Part shown: piece after piece, positions 37,201 through 48,935 of the stretch
How the letters are laid out: each line of letters begins with the position of its first letter
Position numbering within the stretch: position 1 is the stretch's first letter
Assembly (NCBI GenBank): GCA_002269645.1
Contig: NIVC01003363.1
Span: forward strand, 1-64,000
Source: Macrostomum lignano
Lineage: Eukaryota
Direction of reading: 5' to 3'
DNA: 64,000 bases
Position numbers and translations under genes: made by a program
The notes under the pieces: generated by a model
Databases searched by the model: none
Told to the model about the DNA's origin: nothing
What the model saw: the letters and a program-made list of their open reading frames with translations, nothing else

Positions 37201-40200
37201 TGGTTCATATAGGTCTCCATGTACTGATAATACAGATTCATAATCTTGACCAGGCACTGCAGGGCGGCCACTTTGATGCCGGTCTCGGCGCACTGGGTGG
37301 CCTCGCACACCACCTGCATGATGTAGTGCCGCTCCGCGTCAATGTCGAAGTTCTGCTTGGTGAACTCCAGGCTGTTGAGCAGGGCCTGCGTGGCCGCCAG
37401 CCGCACGTTGCTGTTCTGCTCCTCCTTCTTCATGCCGTTCACGATGGCCGTGAGGATCTCGTTGCTCTGCGCCGACAGGAAGTTCGGGTCCTGGGGGTGC
37501 GGGGGCGGCTTGATGGAGCTGGGATACTGGGCGATTCCATGTGGAAGATCTGTTGGAGGGGTCGATCACATGTTGGATCTGTTAAGGGGCGATTCCATGG
37601 GAGGATCGGATCTTGGGGATTCCTATGGGGAGGATCGGGGGGATTCCCATGAGGATCGGGGGATTCCCATGGGGAGGATCGGGGGATTCTCATGGGGAGG
37701 ATCGGGAGGATTCCCATGAGGAGGATCGGGGGATTCCCATGGGGAGGATCGGGGGATTTCCATGGGGAGGATCGGGAGGATTCCCATGAGGAGGATCGGG
37801 GGGATTCCCATGGGGAGGATCGGGGGGATTCCCATGAGGAGGATCGGGGGATTCCCATGGGGAGGATCAGGGGGATTCCCATGAGGAGGATCGGGGGGAT
37901 TCCCATGAGAAGGATCGGGGGATTCCCATGAGGAGGATCGGGGGGGATTCCCATGGGGAGGATCGGGGGGATTCCCATGGGGAGGATCGAGGGGGATTCC
38001 CATAAGGAGGATCGGGGGGATTCCCATGGGGGAGGATCTGATGAAGGATGAGAGAACCTGGTGGGGGAGGGCGATTCCTGCGGGTAGACAGTCTAAATTA
38101 AGGTGGACAGGCAGACACACCCAGACAGGTAGATGCAGCAGACAGGTAGGCACAACAGCAAGGCAATGCAAAAAATAGCTGTGTAAAATTGCTAAATAAA
38201 CAGTATGAAAACTAGTCTAATGAGACAATTTCTAAGACCGTTGACAACATAATTGATTAATATTGGAATAAGCTGGCCGATTTAATGAACCAGAGTATGC
38301 AGTCAGCAGTAGAAATAAATATCAGCAGATATCGGATCACTACGCAACCGAATTATGATAATTAATAAACAAATTGCAAGCCAATTCAGTCAGATTAGGC
38401 AAACTGCAGCCGGCAATGAGAAAGGGATTTAAGTCGGATAGCCATAATTGGGGATTAGAGATTAACTGTTAAGCTGCTACCAAACTACAGCTGGCAGTTG
38501 GTCAACTGGCCAGCAAGCACGCAGTGATTGACAGGTAAATGCATCAATTATTGAAACTGCAAGCCATCGAAAGCAAATAAAATGTCAATATTGTGATAAC
38601 AAAGGGCAAGGAGAGGAAGAATCCTAACAGAGCCGCAGCTTACCATCTTGACGAGTGCAGGGCGGCGAGCGGGGGCGGGGAGGCAGAGGGAGATGGGCGG
38701 CGTTTAGCAGGTGGAATCTGATGTAGACTGCAGTTCAATAACAAATGCTGACTTACCTGGCATGAAACTTCACAATTATGACATTCAAAAAATGTAATAA
38801 TAGAGAATTGTGATACTTATAAGAATTATGACCATACATGCGCAACACATGGCCGACTGGCGTAGTACTAATTAGATGACGAGGTATTCAGCCTTAATAA
38901 GACAATTATAGTTACTTCTGCCATTTACCCACAATTGCGTTAATTTTTGCTCTAGGGTTTCTTTCACAGGTAAGTTGCATTTTTGGTCAAACAGTACTCG
39001 TAAGTCACACGGCCAGTGTAAATCAGGGGGGGGGGGTTGCGCATGTATGATTATGACATTCGAGATCATGACACTCGAGAATTATGATATTCGAGAAATA
39101 TGTTTTAGATAGAAAAACGATATTAGAGAATAATGATATGATTTTCAATCTAGCATACATGTAATTGACATATTTAAATTACCTGAAAATGATGGTTACA
39201 ATCGAGACGAACTTGAAGTAGCAAAAATGTCAGTAAGCATAAAAACATGACAAACAACTCACAATATCCTGGCAGATGTAGCCAATGGCCTGTAGAGTGG
39301 CCTGCTTCTTCAGCGGAGTGCTGGCCTGGTCCACAACGTTAGCAACCAGCACCTGCATGAGGTTGGCCCACTGGCCGGCCGGCAGCTCGATCACGGCGAT
39401 GTAGGCCACCGCCTGGGCGGCGGAGCTCTGCACCTCCGTGCCCAGGGTGAGCAGGCACTGCGGGGGTCAAGGTTCAATTTGGGGCTCTACTGAAGGGGTG
39501 ACATAAGCCTATTTAGTTGCGTTCTAACCACAATCAAATATGCTTAACTTACATCGCTGGCAGTTTATGCAAAAAACTCACACAGCCCTCAGACGCGACG
39601 CGCAATTGCATTTTAATTTACATGTCATAGCAACATGGCAGATGAAACAGGCTTTTTACATTTTACACATCAGATACTCGGCTTTTCGTTTCTTAGAAAA
39701 TCTTTTACAGGAGACTTCAGCGCCAGGGTTTACATTTTACACATCAGATACTCGGCTTTTCGTTTCTTAGAAAATCTTTTACATGTGACTTCAGCGCCAG
39801 GGTTTACATTTTACACATCAGATACTCGGCTTTTCGTTTCTTAGAAAATCTTTTACAGGTGACTTCAGCGCCAGGGTTTACATTTTACACATCAGATACT
39901 CGGCTTTTCGTTTCTTAGAAAATCTTTTACAGGTGACTTCAGCGCCAGGGTTTACATTTTACACATCAGATACTCGGCTTTTCGTTTCTTAGAAAATCTT
40001 TTACAGGTGACTTCAGCGCCAGGGTTTACATTTTACACATCAGATACTCGGCTTTTCGTTTCTTAGAAAATCTTTTACAGGTGACTTCAGCGCCAAGGTT
40101 TACATTTTACACATCAGATACTCGGCTTTTCGTTTCTTAGAAAATATTTTACATGTGACTTCAGCGCCAAGGTTTACATTTTAAACATCAGATACTCGGC

Positions 40201-43200
40201 TTTTCGTTTCTTAGAAAATCTTTTACAGGTGACTTCAGCGCCAGGGTTTACATTTTACACATCAGATACTCGGCTTTTCGTTTCTTAGAAAATCTTTTAC
40301 AGGTGACTTCAGCGCCAGGGTTTACATTTTAAACATCAGATACTCGGCTTTTCGTTTCTTAGAAAATCTTTTACAGGTGACTTCAGCGCCAAGGTTTACA
40401 TTTTACACATCAGATACTCGGCTTTTCGTTTCTTAGAAAATATTTTACATGTGACTTCAGCGCCAAGGTTTACATTTTAAACATCAGATACTCGGCTTTT
40501 CGTTTCTTAGAAAATCTTTTACAGGAGACTTCAGCGCCAGGGTTTACATTTTACACATCAGATACTCGGCTTTTCGTTTCTTAGAAAATCTTTTACAGGT
40601 GACTTCAGCGCCAAGGTTTACATTTTACACATCAGATACTCGGCTTTTCGTTTCTTAGAAAATCTTTTACAGGTGACTTCAGCGCCAAGGTTACTTCCAG
40701 CGCTGAGGCAATTCTCCATTCCGCTGGCTCCTGAGCACATACAAACGCGACAATATTGTAAGCAGGCACGCACTCATGCTGTACGACACGCTCACGCTCA
40801 ATCAGGGTGTACAGTGGCCCCGACTTTCTTATAGCCGGGCGTGTACACTCTCTGTGCGACAACTTCCTCATGGGTTTACCGCTGAGCTGCTGTGCCCCAA
40901 TCAAACAGGACAATGGACAAACAGGATAATTCAAATAGAGTTTAAGAATGACAGCTTACATTCTCTTTAATGTAGCTCCTGTCAGCCTCCGGAATGGTGA
41001 GCCACTGTTGGCCCAGCTGCATCCTGACTGAGCTATTCTTGGAGTACAGCTGGTTCTTGAGCTGCAGGCCGGCCTGCATCCTGACGAAGGTGGTGTTGTT
41101 AACATCGCGCAGGATCTCGGACAGCTGGCGTAGGAACTGCACCTAGAACAGGGAGGCCCACCGGGGTTTTATCCAGCTGCTAATGGCAGGATAATTAGCA
41201 CGGCTGCACACACCAATAACTCACCAGATTCTGGTTGGCTGCATCTTGCAGAAAGTTGAGCGCAGTCTCGCGCTGGGCCTTGTCTACAACAGTGGTTGAA
41301 TGAGAAACTTAGGAATTGCATACAAATTAAATGTAATTAGCCCATTGACCTTTTAATACAATTGAGAACCATACAAGCAATTATTAGCAAATACTACTTA
41401 CTACTTACCATGCCTGTATTATTGTTTTAATGTGTCTTGTTTTGCACACAAAAATGTAGGACCCTAAAGTTCTGGCATATAGATGGTACACACAGAGGCC
41501 AGAGCAATAGCAAAGAATTACTTTGACTACTCCTAACCATGGTATTAATAGACTAAAACTGAAAGATTATCTACTTTCCTCTAAATTATCTTACAAACCA
41601 ATAGTAGGAACCTTAGCGATATTTTGAAAGCCTATAAATGTTAAAAATTTCATTTTAAATATATATATTTTTATTTTATACTCATGGATATTATAAGCAA
41701 AGACATAATAAGCCAAAAGTTATATATATTTAAAAAGAGAATTTTTTAAGTTTTCTAATTTTTCAAATTTAGTCCTCTCATTAATTGCTTCATAAAGTAT
41801 AGTCAAAATGATGAAATCAATTAAACATATCCAATTATACAAAAAATTCTAGCATTCAAATTAATGCTTATTAATCTTGATATACCATGTTGATATACCA
41901 AATTGATATTTCAAAATCGGCACATTATACCAACTTTGATTGACTAATACATAAACTTTAGAAAAGAGGTTTGCAAAACACAATTTAAATTTGTTTTGAT
42001 TTTTTAAAATATTTTTTAATTCTTTTGCTTATATAGTTAACCATGCTAAATGTGGTCCAATTTGTTGCAGGGGTTGGTATCTTTGAACATGACAATCTAT
42101 ACTAGTTTTAGACATAATACTATTAACAAAGACATTGTTAAGTGGCTCCCCACCCTATTCTCATCCCTATCCTTATTTCCCAGTAGACAAATAGTTTTAA
42201 AAGAAAAAGGTTTTTTGTCCACTTAGCAAATGAGCTGTCAGCAGACAAAAGAACTAGAAACCTGTTCAACACAATGAGGTAATTCAAGTTGAAGTTACAA
42301 CACAATTATGATACAATTTTTAGTAGCATTAGAATTCAGCTAATCAGTTTTTTCTCTAGCATTCTTGCAATGTATTTCAAGTCAACAAGTTTGCTTGGCC
42401 TTTGCAAAAAAGCATGTTTTTTTAATATTTATTCCCTTTAACATTGAGCAATTTCTTAGCCAAGACCAGGCGCTGCGGAACAAGTTTTTGCCAGGGGGGC
42501 AAGACCAAGTTTCCAAAACTTGGTCTTGGTCTTGGAAAGACCAAGTTTCCAAGCCCAGACCCTGTCTTGGACAATGACCAAAAATTTGAGCAAAATTATG
42601 CTATTGAATGGTATTTGAGGGGGCAATGCCCCCCTGCAACTCAATGTCAGGGGGGCAGCTGCCCCCCCCCTGCCCCCCCTGTTCTGTGGCGCCTGGCCAA
42701 GACACATGTACTATCATAGGAAAATTTTTAATTGAATGGTGCAAGTTTGAAGAATTTTAGGTGGGGTCAAGGCCAAACCTATCTATATGTAAACTGCCTT
42801 TTATGCAATATTAAGGTGCCTAACACTGCCAATAAGGTAGAGTTTATCTATTATTAGGCTCTGTGATGACATGCTATCCAATATACCCTGCTTTGTGACT
42901 TTGCTTGCAAGGCTATATAATTTTTGGTTGTTGTTGTTATTATTTAAAATATTGGTTAAGCCATTTTTTTAAGCCATTTTGACCCTCTTATTATCTTAGT
43001 GCCTTGGCCATTATTGTTGTAAATTTAAAAAGCTGCTTTCTTATCTTGGTTCTTAGTTGGATCCAAAAACTGAGCTTATAGGCCTAATGTCAAATCTATA
43101 AATAGTAAGTGCAATTTTAATTAAGTTATAAATGTATTATAAAATTATCTGGCACAAACATATTACTACCTTCCCTTTGCCATTTTAGACTTTAAAGCTT

Positions 43201-44705
43201 ATAAGCCTAAAAATACAGAAATAAAAAACAATGTCAATGAATAAAATGTAGAAATATACAAACTCTAAGAAAATATGCCAATGGCATTCAAAAGGTAGCC
43301 TGCCATGGGTACCAGTTGTTTTGGTGAGATGTTTTACTGATAAATAGTTGTTTTGGTAACAAGTTGCTTTTGTTACAGACATACTTCATTTTTGATACAA
43401 ACTGAAATAATTTATAAGTATAGTCATTTTAGTGACAGGAGGTGCTTTATAATATCAGCTTGTAATTATTTGGTTGAGATTTATGTTTTGTTCATATTTG
43501 AAAATTTCTATTGAAAGATTAGTATATACGAAAAAAATCAAACTAATTATATGGTTTTTTTTCTATGCAGATTGTTTTGAATTGCCCCAGAATATTTAGA
43601 CATATAGACCATAAACCTAGAGAATCCTCATGAAATTCTGACTATAGGAAAAACAGATATATTGAAACAGAGAAAACAGGTGCATGCCCAAACAAAAATC
43701 AATAGTTACAAATGCATGATGAAAAAAAGTATCAGTGCATGCCTATTCTTAAAACTCCGCCAATGTTGCAACAATAAATGACCCTTTTTATGAATTATAT
43801 TGTGACAAAAAATGACCTTTTTTCTTTTCATTGCATAATAGACCCTTTTTGACAAATAATTTTGGTTAATTTTTCTACTTTTTAGGCAATACTATTTATA
43901 GTAGAAAATTGATACACACAAAGGTTTGTTTAAATGCCTTTTTACGAGCCTAGAAACCCATAAAGAAGGAAATTAATGCTTAAAAATGAACTTTTTTTAC
44001 CTTTTTGTCTATTTCACAATAACTCTTCTGCATGATTCAATAAAGTGCATGCCAGGTATATTTTTTAGGAATGATGTACAGTACACCAACTGTGCATGTC
44101 TACTTTTGGCATGCAAGGCCCATGCATGCCCAAATTTTTGGGCATATACTACATGATCTAGAATGTGGATTCACTAGACACAATAGGAATTAGATTGGAA
44201 ACATAAATTCAATAGATTGCAACTCTGGAATTGTAAATAAACAAATTAAACAAAGCAATACTCTACCATTACAGAATATAATTAAAAAAGTTAAGGTTTA
44301 ATATCTTTTAAGATTTGCAAGGTAATTTACTATTTAAAAACAAAATGGACATCACCAAAGTATATTTTTCTTGTCACCAAATTGGCTTTTGCTTGTCACT
44401 AAAATTACTGTCGCCAAAATGTCTTGTCACTGAAACAACTGTAATCCACCTGCCAATCTGCCATATACCTATAAACAAAAAAGCTATAGGCCTAACCAGT
44501 CTTATTTTTTCATTGAATAATAGGACCTAGTACTAGTACTAGTAGGCTTAGCCTAGCTAAGATATACTGTTCAACAAATAATTACTTAGTCTTATTCTAG
44601 GTCAACTAGTAAGTGTAGCTCTAGTATAGTTATAAGAAAGTAAAAATCAACAAACTTATTCTTACCTTGAGAAAGTGAGTTTTCTAGAACAGTGACAATG
44701 CTCAT
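31294..44705 (-). CDS. KPNB1: Importin beta-1, second copy, exons 1-9 only: 44705-44666, 41283-41225, 41142-40960, 39457-39263, 37490-37188, 36336-35975, 33653-33338, 32999-32763, 31637-31294; exons 10-11 not present before the gap
   Basis: Reverse-complement of the left copy with the same splice sites. Exon 7 is intact (316 nt); exon 9 is 1 nt short (344 nt, CAG-repeat region scrambled). The sequence breaks off in the intron-9 array at the gap. Confidence 0.92.
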
Positions 44706-45931
44706 GCCTGGGCTGGTCTGTTTTTTGAGATATTTAATTACTATAGGGCCTAAATATAGAATATCTTTTAAGTATAAATCGAACTTTCCAACCAAAAAAA
44801 AAATATTAAATATAATCTAACTAGATGATTCGAAATATATTTTAGCTAGCGAAGAATATTTCTATCCAGATTGAAAACTAAACTGGAGGAAAAATTTACC
44901 CAGCAGCCTTTTAAAAGAAACTTAGAAACCAAGTTGAGGATTGATACTGACAGGCCTAAATAAACTACAAATAATTTGGAAGGTAATAACCGAATAACGG
45001 CTACTAACAGCTAGCAAGAGAACGTGGGTATAGTCGGTTGACAGCTATGGGGCCAGCGACAAAATAGATGGTTAACGTGCGCAACTTGAGTGACATTTTA
45101 AGGGCGACGATCATTTACGATCGGGTGGTCCAATAAATGCAAATATTTTAAAGCTTTTAGTGAAGAACTACGACTTTTAATAAAACGTTTTTACTATGCT
45201 AATTTCAAAGCTTTGAAAAAATTGTGCGAAAAAATAAAAAACAAAAATATTTGTTTAAAACAACATAGAATTTAATTTCTTTATTTTCAAAGAACACTTC
45301 CGAGCTTTACTGAAATCTGGCTGGCGCGGTGGGTGTGAAAATGTGGAACTTTTTTTTCATTATTCATTATTCATTATTCATTATTCATTATTCATTATTG
45401 TATGCTTTATTCGGTTAGGCCTACTGGTCAGATCGGTGACAAGTTCAGATGCTTCCGTGTCTAATTTTGTCAGTCGGTGACAGCGTCAGCCTCATTCGAA
45501 TCGGTGACATCACTGTCTGTTTGTAATGCAAACTGTCTATAAACTTCTTGTAAAAGATCAATAATTCTTAGTATATGGATGGATACCATTACCAATGTAG
45601 GCGTAGGTTATTAAAATAATGATAAATAAATGTGTATCAATGTTTTTTTCCACAGTCCCACGCCAATAACAAAAATGTCACCATGGCACTGTCCTGTGTA
45701 ATTGGTGTCTGTCATGTCAATGATATGATACCTGCTTATTTCCACGGCAGTTTGTGGAATTTTGGTTGTAGTAATTGATGCAAACCCAAGTTACTTTGCT
45801 GAATAAGACTTCTGCCCCAACTTGTGCATTGATTTAAGCATGTGAGGCAGTGCAGGCTTATATAGGGCCTAGTTCATTAAAAAAATAATTGAAATACTTA
45901 TATATATATATATAAAAAAATAATTGAAATA

Positions 45932-45977
<46 letters not shown>

Positions 45978-46153
45978 ATCCCCCTTCCTCGCTGGCACGG
46001 CCGGGTTGGGCGACGGGTAGCGGTGTCGGGGTTCGGGTACTAGACTGCCCAGGGCTTACGAGCTCGATCGGCGACCCCGAGGCGTACGGACACTTCGGGG
46101 GGAGGTCAAGGTTGAGAAGTCGAGAGAGAGGGGAGGGGCGGCTGTGGGCGGGC

Positions 46154-46350
46154 GGCCACTCGACAGCCTGGTGAGTCAAGGAAGAGAGAGAGGGCTGCGG
46201 GCGGTCGGCCACTCGACAGCCTGGTGAGTCAAGGAAAAGAGAGAGGGCTGTGGGCGGGCGGCCACTCGACAGCCTGGTGAGTCAAGGAAGAGAGAGAGGG
46301 CTGCGGGCGGTCGGCCACTCGACAGCCTGGTGAGTCAAGGAAAAGAGAGA
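46154..46350. repeat. 53-bp x4 repeat inside the LTR (also 54065-54260), each with TGAGTCA / CTG|GTGAGT
   Basis: GGCCACTCGACAGCCTGGTGAGTCAAGGAA.. repeated 4 times in each LTR. Confidence 0.9.
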
Positions 46351-46460
46351 GTGAGAGAGAGAGAGAGATCAGGAGAGCGACCCCGAGGAACACAGGCAAT
46401 TGTCTCGACAGCTTACCGGGCCGGGTCGATTATAGCACTCATACACGGGAAGGCCGATCG

Positions 46461-46506
46461 ATTGCAATAAATTGAGTCTTCGCAGTAAGAGACCGTCTCT
46501 ACGGTT
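46461..46506 (-). other. Spliced-leader-like 46-mer in the 3' LTR
   Basis: Identical copy of 54372-54417. Confidence 0.75.
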
Positions 46507-46936
46507 GATCGCTGGTCACGTTCGTTTATTTATCGCGGTGGGCGCAAATGGGCGCAGGCACGGTGAGAAAAGGGGCGGGGTCTGAGCGTCGCCTTAAATA
46601 ACGAGTAAAAAGGGGCAGGGGCGCAAACAAGGGGGGGAGAAAGGGCTTAAACAATGGAGCTGATTGACAGCTGATTGGCTGCGGCGAGGGGAGGGTGGAA
46701 GCGCGCACGGCCAGGGAGAGGGAGAGAGAGCAGAGGCCCAGCCAATCAGCACGGCTAGCCAAAGGGCTAAACAGCCAAGGCGAGAGAGAGAGAGAAAGAG
46801 AGCAGAGGCTCAGCCAAAGGGCTCATAGCTCCAGACTGGCTTGAGCCGGGGGGGGGGTAACAATAATCAACTACCAAAGTCAACAACTATCAAAGTGCAC
46901 TTGCACCAGGGGAGCACTGTGACACAGGTCACAACA

Positions 46937-46948
46937 CCCTCCCCCCTA
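46937..46948 (-). other. Polypurine tract
   Basis: AGGGGGGAGGG on the element strand, immediately before the 3' LTR. Confidence 0.9.
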
Positions 46949-47039
46949 AAAAAAAGAAAACGACGCGCTTTGACTGAATGAAAATGAAAAAAAAATGTAA
47001 TGAAATGAAACTGAATGAAAGAGACCAAGAGTGTCAGGC

Positions 47040-47501
47040 AGCGGCCGAGAGCGCAGGACAGGGGCCGAGGATGTCGGACAGGCCGAGAACACCGGGCACG
47101 GCCGAGAATGCCGGACTGTGGCCGAAAACGCCGGGCATGGCCGAGAATGCCGGACAGCGACCGAGAATGCCGGGCAGCGGCCGAGAACGCCTGGCATGGC
47201 CGAGAATGCCGGACAGCGGCCGCGAATGCCGGGCAGCGACCGAGAACGCCGGGCATGGCCGAGAACGCCGGGCATGGCCGAGAGTGCCGGACAGCGGCCG
47301 AGAATGCCGGGCAGCGGCCGAGAATGCCGGGCAGCGACCGAGAACGCCGGGCATGGCCGAGAGTGCCGGACAGCGGCCGAGAATGCCGGGCAGCGGCCGA
47401 GAATGCCGGGCATGGCCGAGAACGCCGGGCATGGCCGAGAGTGCCGGACAGCGGCCGAGAATGCCGGGCAGCGGCCGAGAGCGCCGGGCATGGCCGAGAG
47501 T
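47040..47501. repeat. GC-rich ~19-20-bp tandem array (GGCCGAGAATGCCGGGCAGC variants) in the element's 3' untranslated region
   Basis: Directly visible, roughly 20+ variant units. Confidence 0.9.
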
Positions 47502-47632
47502 GTTCCCCGCCCTTCCTTCGGGGCCGCTCCCAGTGCCAAACAGAGGGATCACAACGACGATCAGAGGAGAGATGGGATGAAATGAAGGAGTGAAGGTCTC
47601 TTGCCCGCCCTGGCATCCTGCCCCAGAACCCC

Positions 47633-48514
47633 CTAGACCGCCACCTCCGCCGCCCGGCGCAACAACCCCAACACGCGTCCTCCGTCGATTAGTTCAAACT
47701 GAGGGATCGCAACACTCATGACGAACCGAGTGCTTCGCTTGAAGGCAGGCCGCCGCCAGACACGCCGAGCATGACCCCGACACTTGGCGCTGATGTCACG
47801 GAGAATGAACTTGACAGTCTGAGCCAAAAGCTCGGCGATTTCGCGTCGATGATCCAGCCGCTCGCTGCCGCACAGTCCCACCATTTCAGTCAAAAGCCGG
47901 AACATCGCAGCTGGACTCCCCGACAACAAAGCGTGCCGAAGCTCCGACCGGATTCGAGCTCTTCGCTGCGTTGCCTCCCCGCTCCAGGTGTATTCCACCT
48001 CGGTACTCGGCTCGCTCCTCATCAGCCACGCTGGCGACTCCCGTTGGTCGATGACGAGCTCCGGTTCGTCTTCTGACATCGAAGTTTCGCCGTCGGATTC
48101 ATTCAAGAGCTCTTCTTCCTCTGACTGCGTGATTTCACAGCAGCTCTGAGCAGTCTCCTCGCCGCCGCAACCACCACGCTCGCTTCCTTCCGACTCCCTG
48201 TCCTCGTCTGACTCTTCTGTTTCGTCTTCAATCGTTACGACAAACTCCTCCGGGACGCACATCCCATCCGGCGGGACAAAATACCGGGCGCACTCGAGCG
48301 GGTTGCTAACGGCATCCTGCCCGAACCGGTCGTACAGCGCTCGTCGAAACGGACACAGCAGGACCGCACTCGCATGCTGCAGCCTCTGGAAATTCTCCGT
48401 TCCACCGGGTCCACACTTGTCGGGGTGCCGTCGCAGGCTCTCACGGCGGTACGCACGTCGCAGCTCCTCCTCCGTCGCGAAGGGGCTGACACCAAACTCG
48501 GCGTAGAGGTCCAT
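47633..48514 (-). CDS. ORF3 of the LTR element: DnaJ/Hsp40 J-domain protein (293 aa from the ATG at 48514), acidic linker, unknown helical/basic C-terminal domain
   Basis: DLYAEFGVSPFATEEELRRAYRRESLRRHPDK..GTENFQRLQHASAVL....RRALYDRFG is a complete J-domain with HPD (48427-48419); GGCATGG Kozak context; lies between the pol stop and the PPT on the same strand. Confidence 0.88.
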   Translation of the reverse strand: MDLYAEFGVSPFATEEELRRAYRRESLRRHPDKCGPGGTENFQRLQHASAVLLCPFRRALYDRFGQDAVSNPLECARYFVPPDGMCVPEEFVVTIEDETEESDEDRESEGSERGGCGGEETAQSCCEITQSEEEELLNESDGETSMSEDEPELVIDQRESPAWLMRSEPSTEVEYTWSGEATQRRARIRSELRHALLSGSPAAMFRLLTEMVGLCGSERLDHRREIAELLAQTVKFILRDISAKCRGHARRVWRRPAFKRSTRFVMSVAIPQFELIDGGRVLGLLRRAAEVAV

Positions 48515-48715
48515 GCCCGGAAAGCAGTGCCTGCAACAACCACGACTCACTTTTGAGAGCAGGGCAATGGTTCCTTCGAGCCTCTTTGGGGCGCCGATCC
48601 TTCATCCCTGATGGCAGGGTTGGGCAGGTGGGACCTCCACTGACGGGCCTTAAGAGGGGAAATATATATTTTTGTTTGTGAAGCAGAGGCAATAACACGA
48701 GCCCAGTTTTCAATA

Positions 48716-48908
48716 ACGCGGGTGATGACGCAGACGATGCTTCGAACCAAATGTTGATGACGCAGGTGATGACGCGGATGATGCTTCGAACCAAATGTTG
48801 ATGACGCAGGTGATGACGCGGATGATGCTTCGAACCAAATGTTGATGACGCAGGTGATGACGCGGATGATGCTTCGAACCAATTATTTATGACGCAGGAG
48901 ATGACGCG
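48716..48908. repeat. 44-bp tandem array (~4 copies) rich in TGACG between pol and ORF3
   Basis: GATGACGCAGGTGATGACGCGGATGATGCTTCGAACCAAATGTT units. Confidence 0.9.
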
Positions 48909-48935
48909 ACATTGCGCACGCACTCACGTCCGCTC

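Larger units (their letters stand above)
45972..46936 (-). repeat. 3' LTR (965 bp)
   Basis: Direct repeat of the 5' LTR, preceded on the element strand by the PPT. Confidence 0.96.

Noticed and set aside
46867-47616. 170-250-aa ORFs over the GC-rich array
   Set aside because: Repeat-derived, present in multiple frames on both strands.
48280-48320. Polyomavirus T-antigen-like LxCxE Rb-binding motif after the J-domain
   Set aside because: The closest match is LECAR (no Glu); only the J-domain plus acidic-stretch layout is similar.
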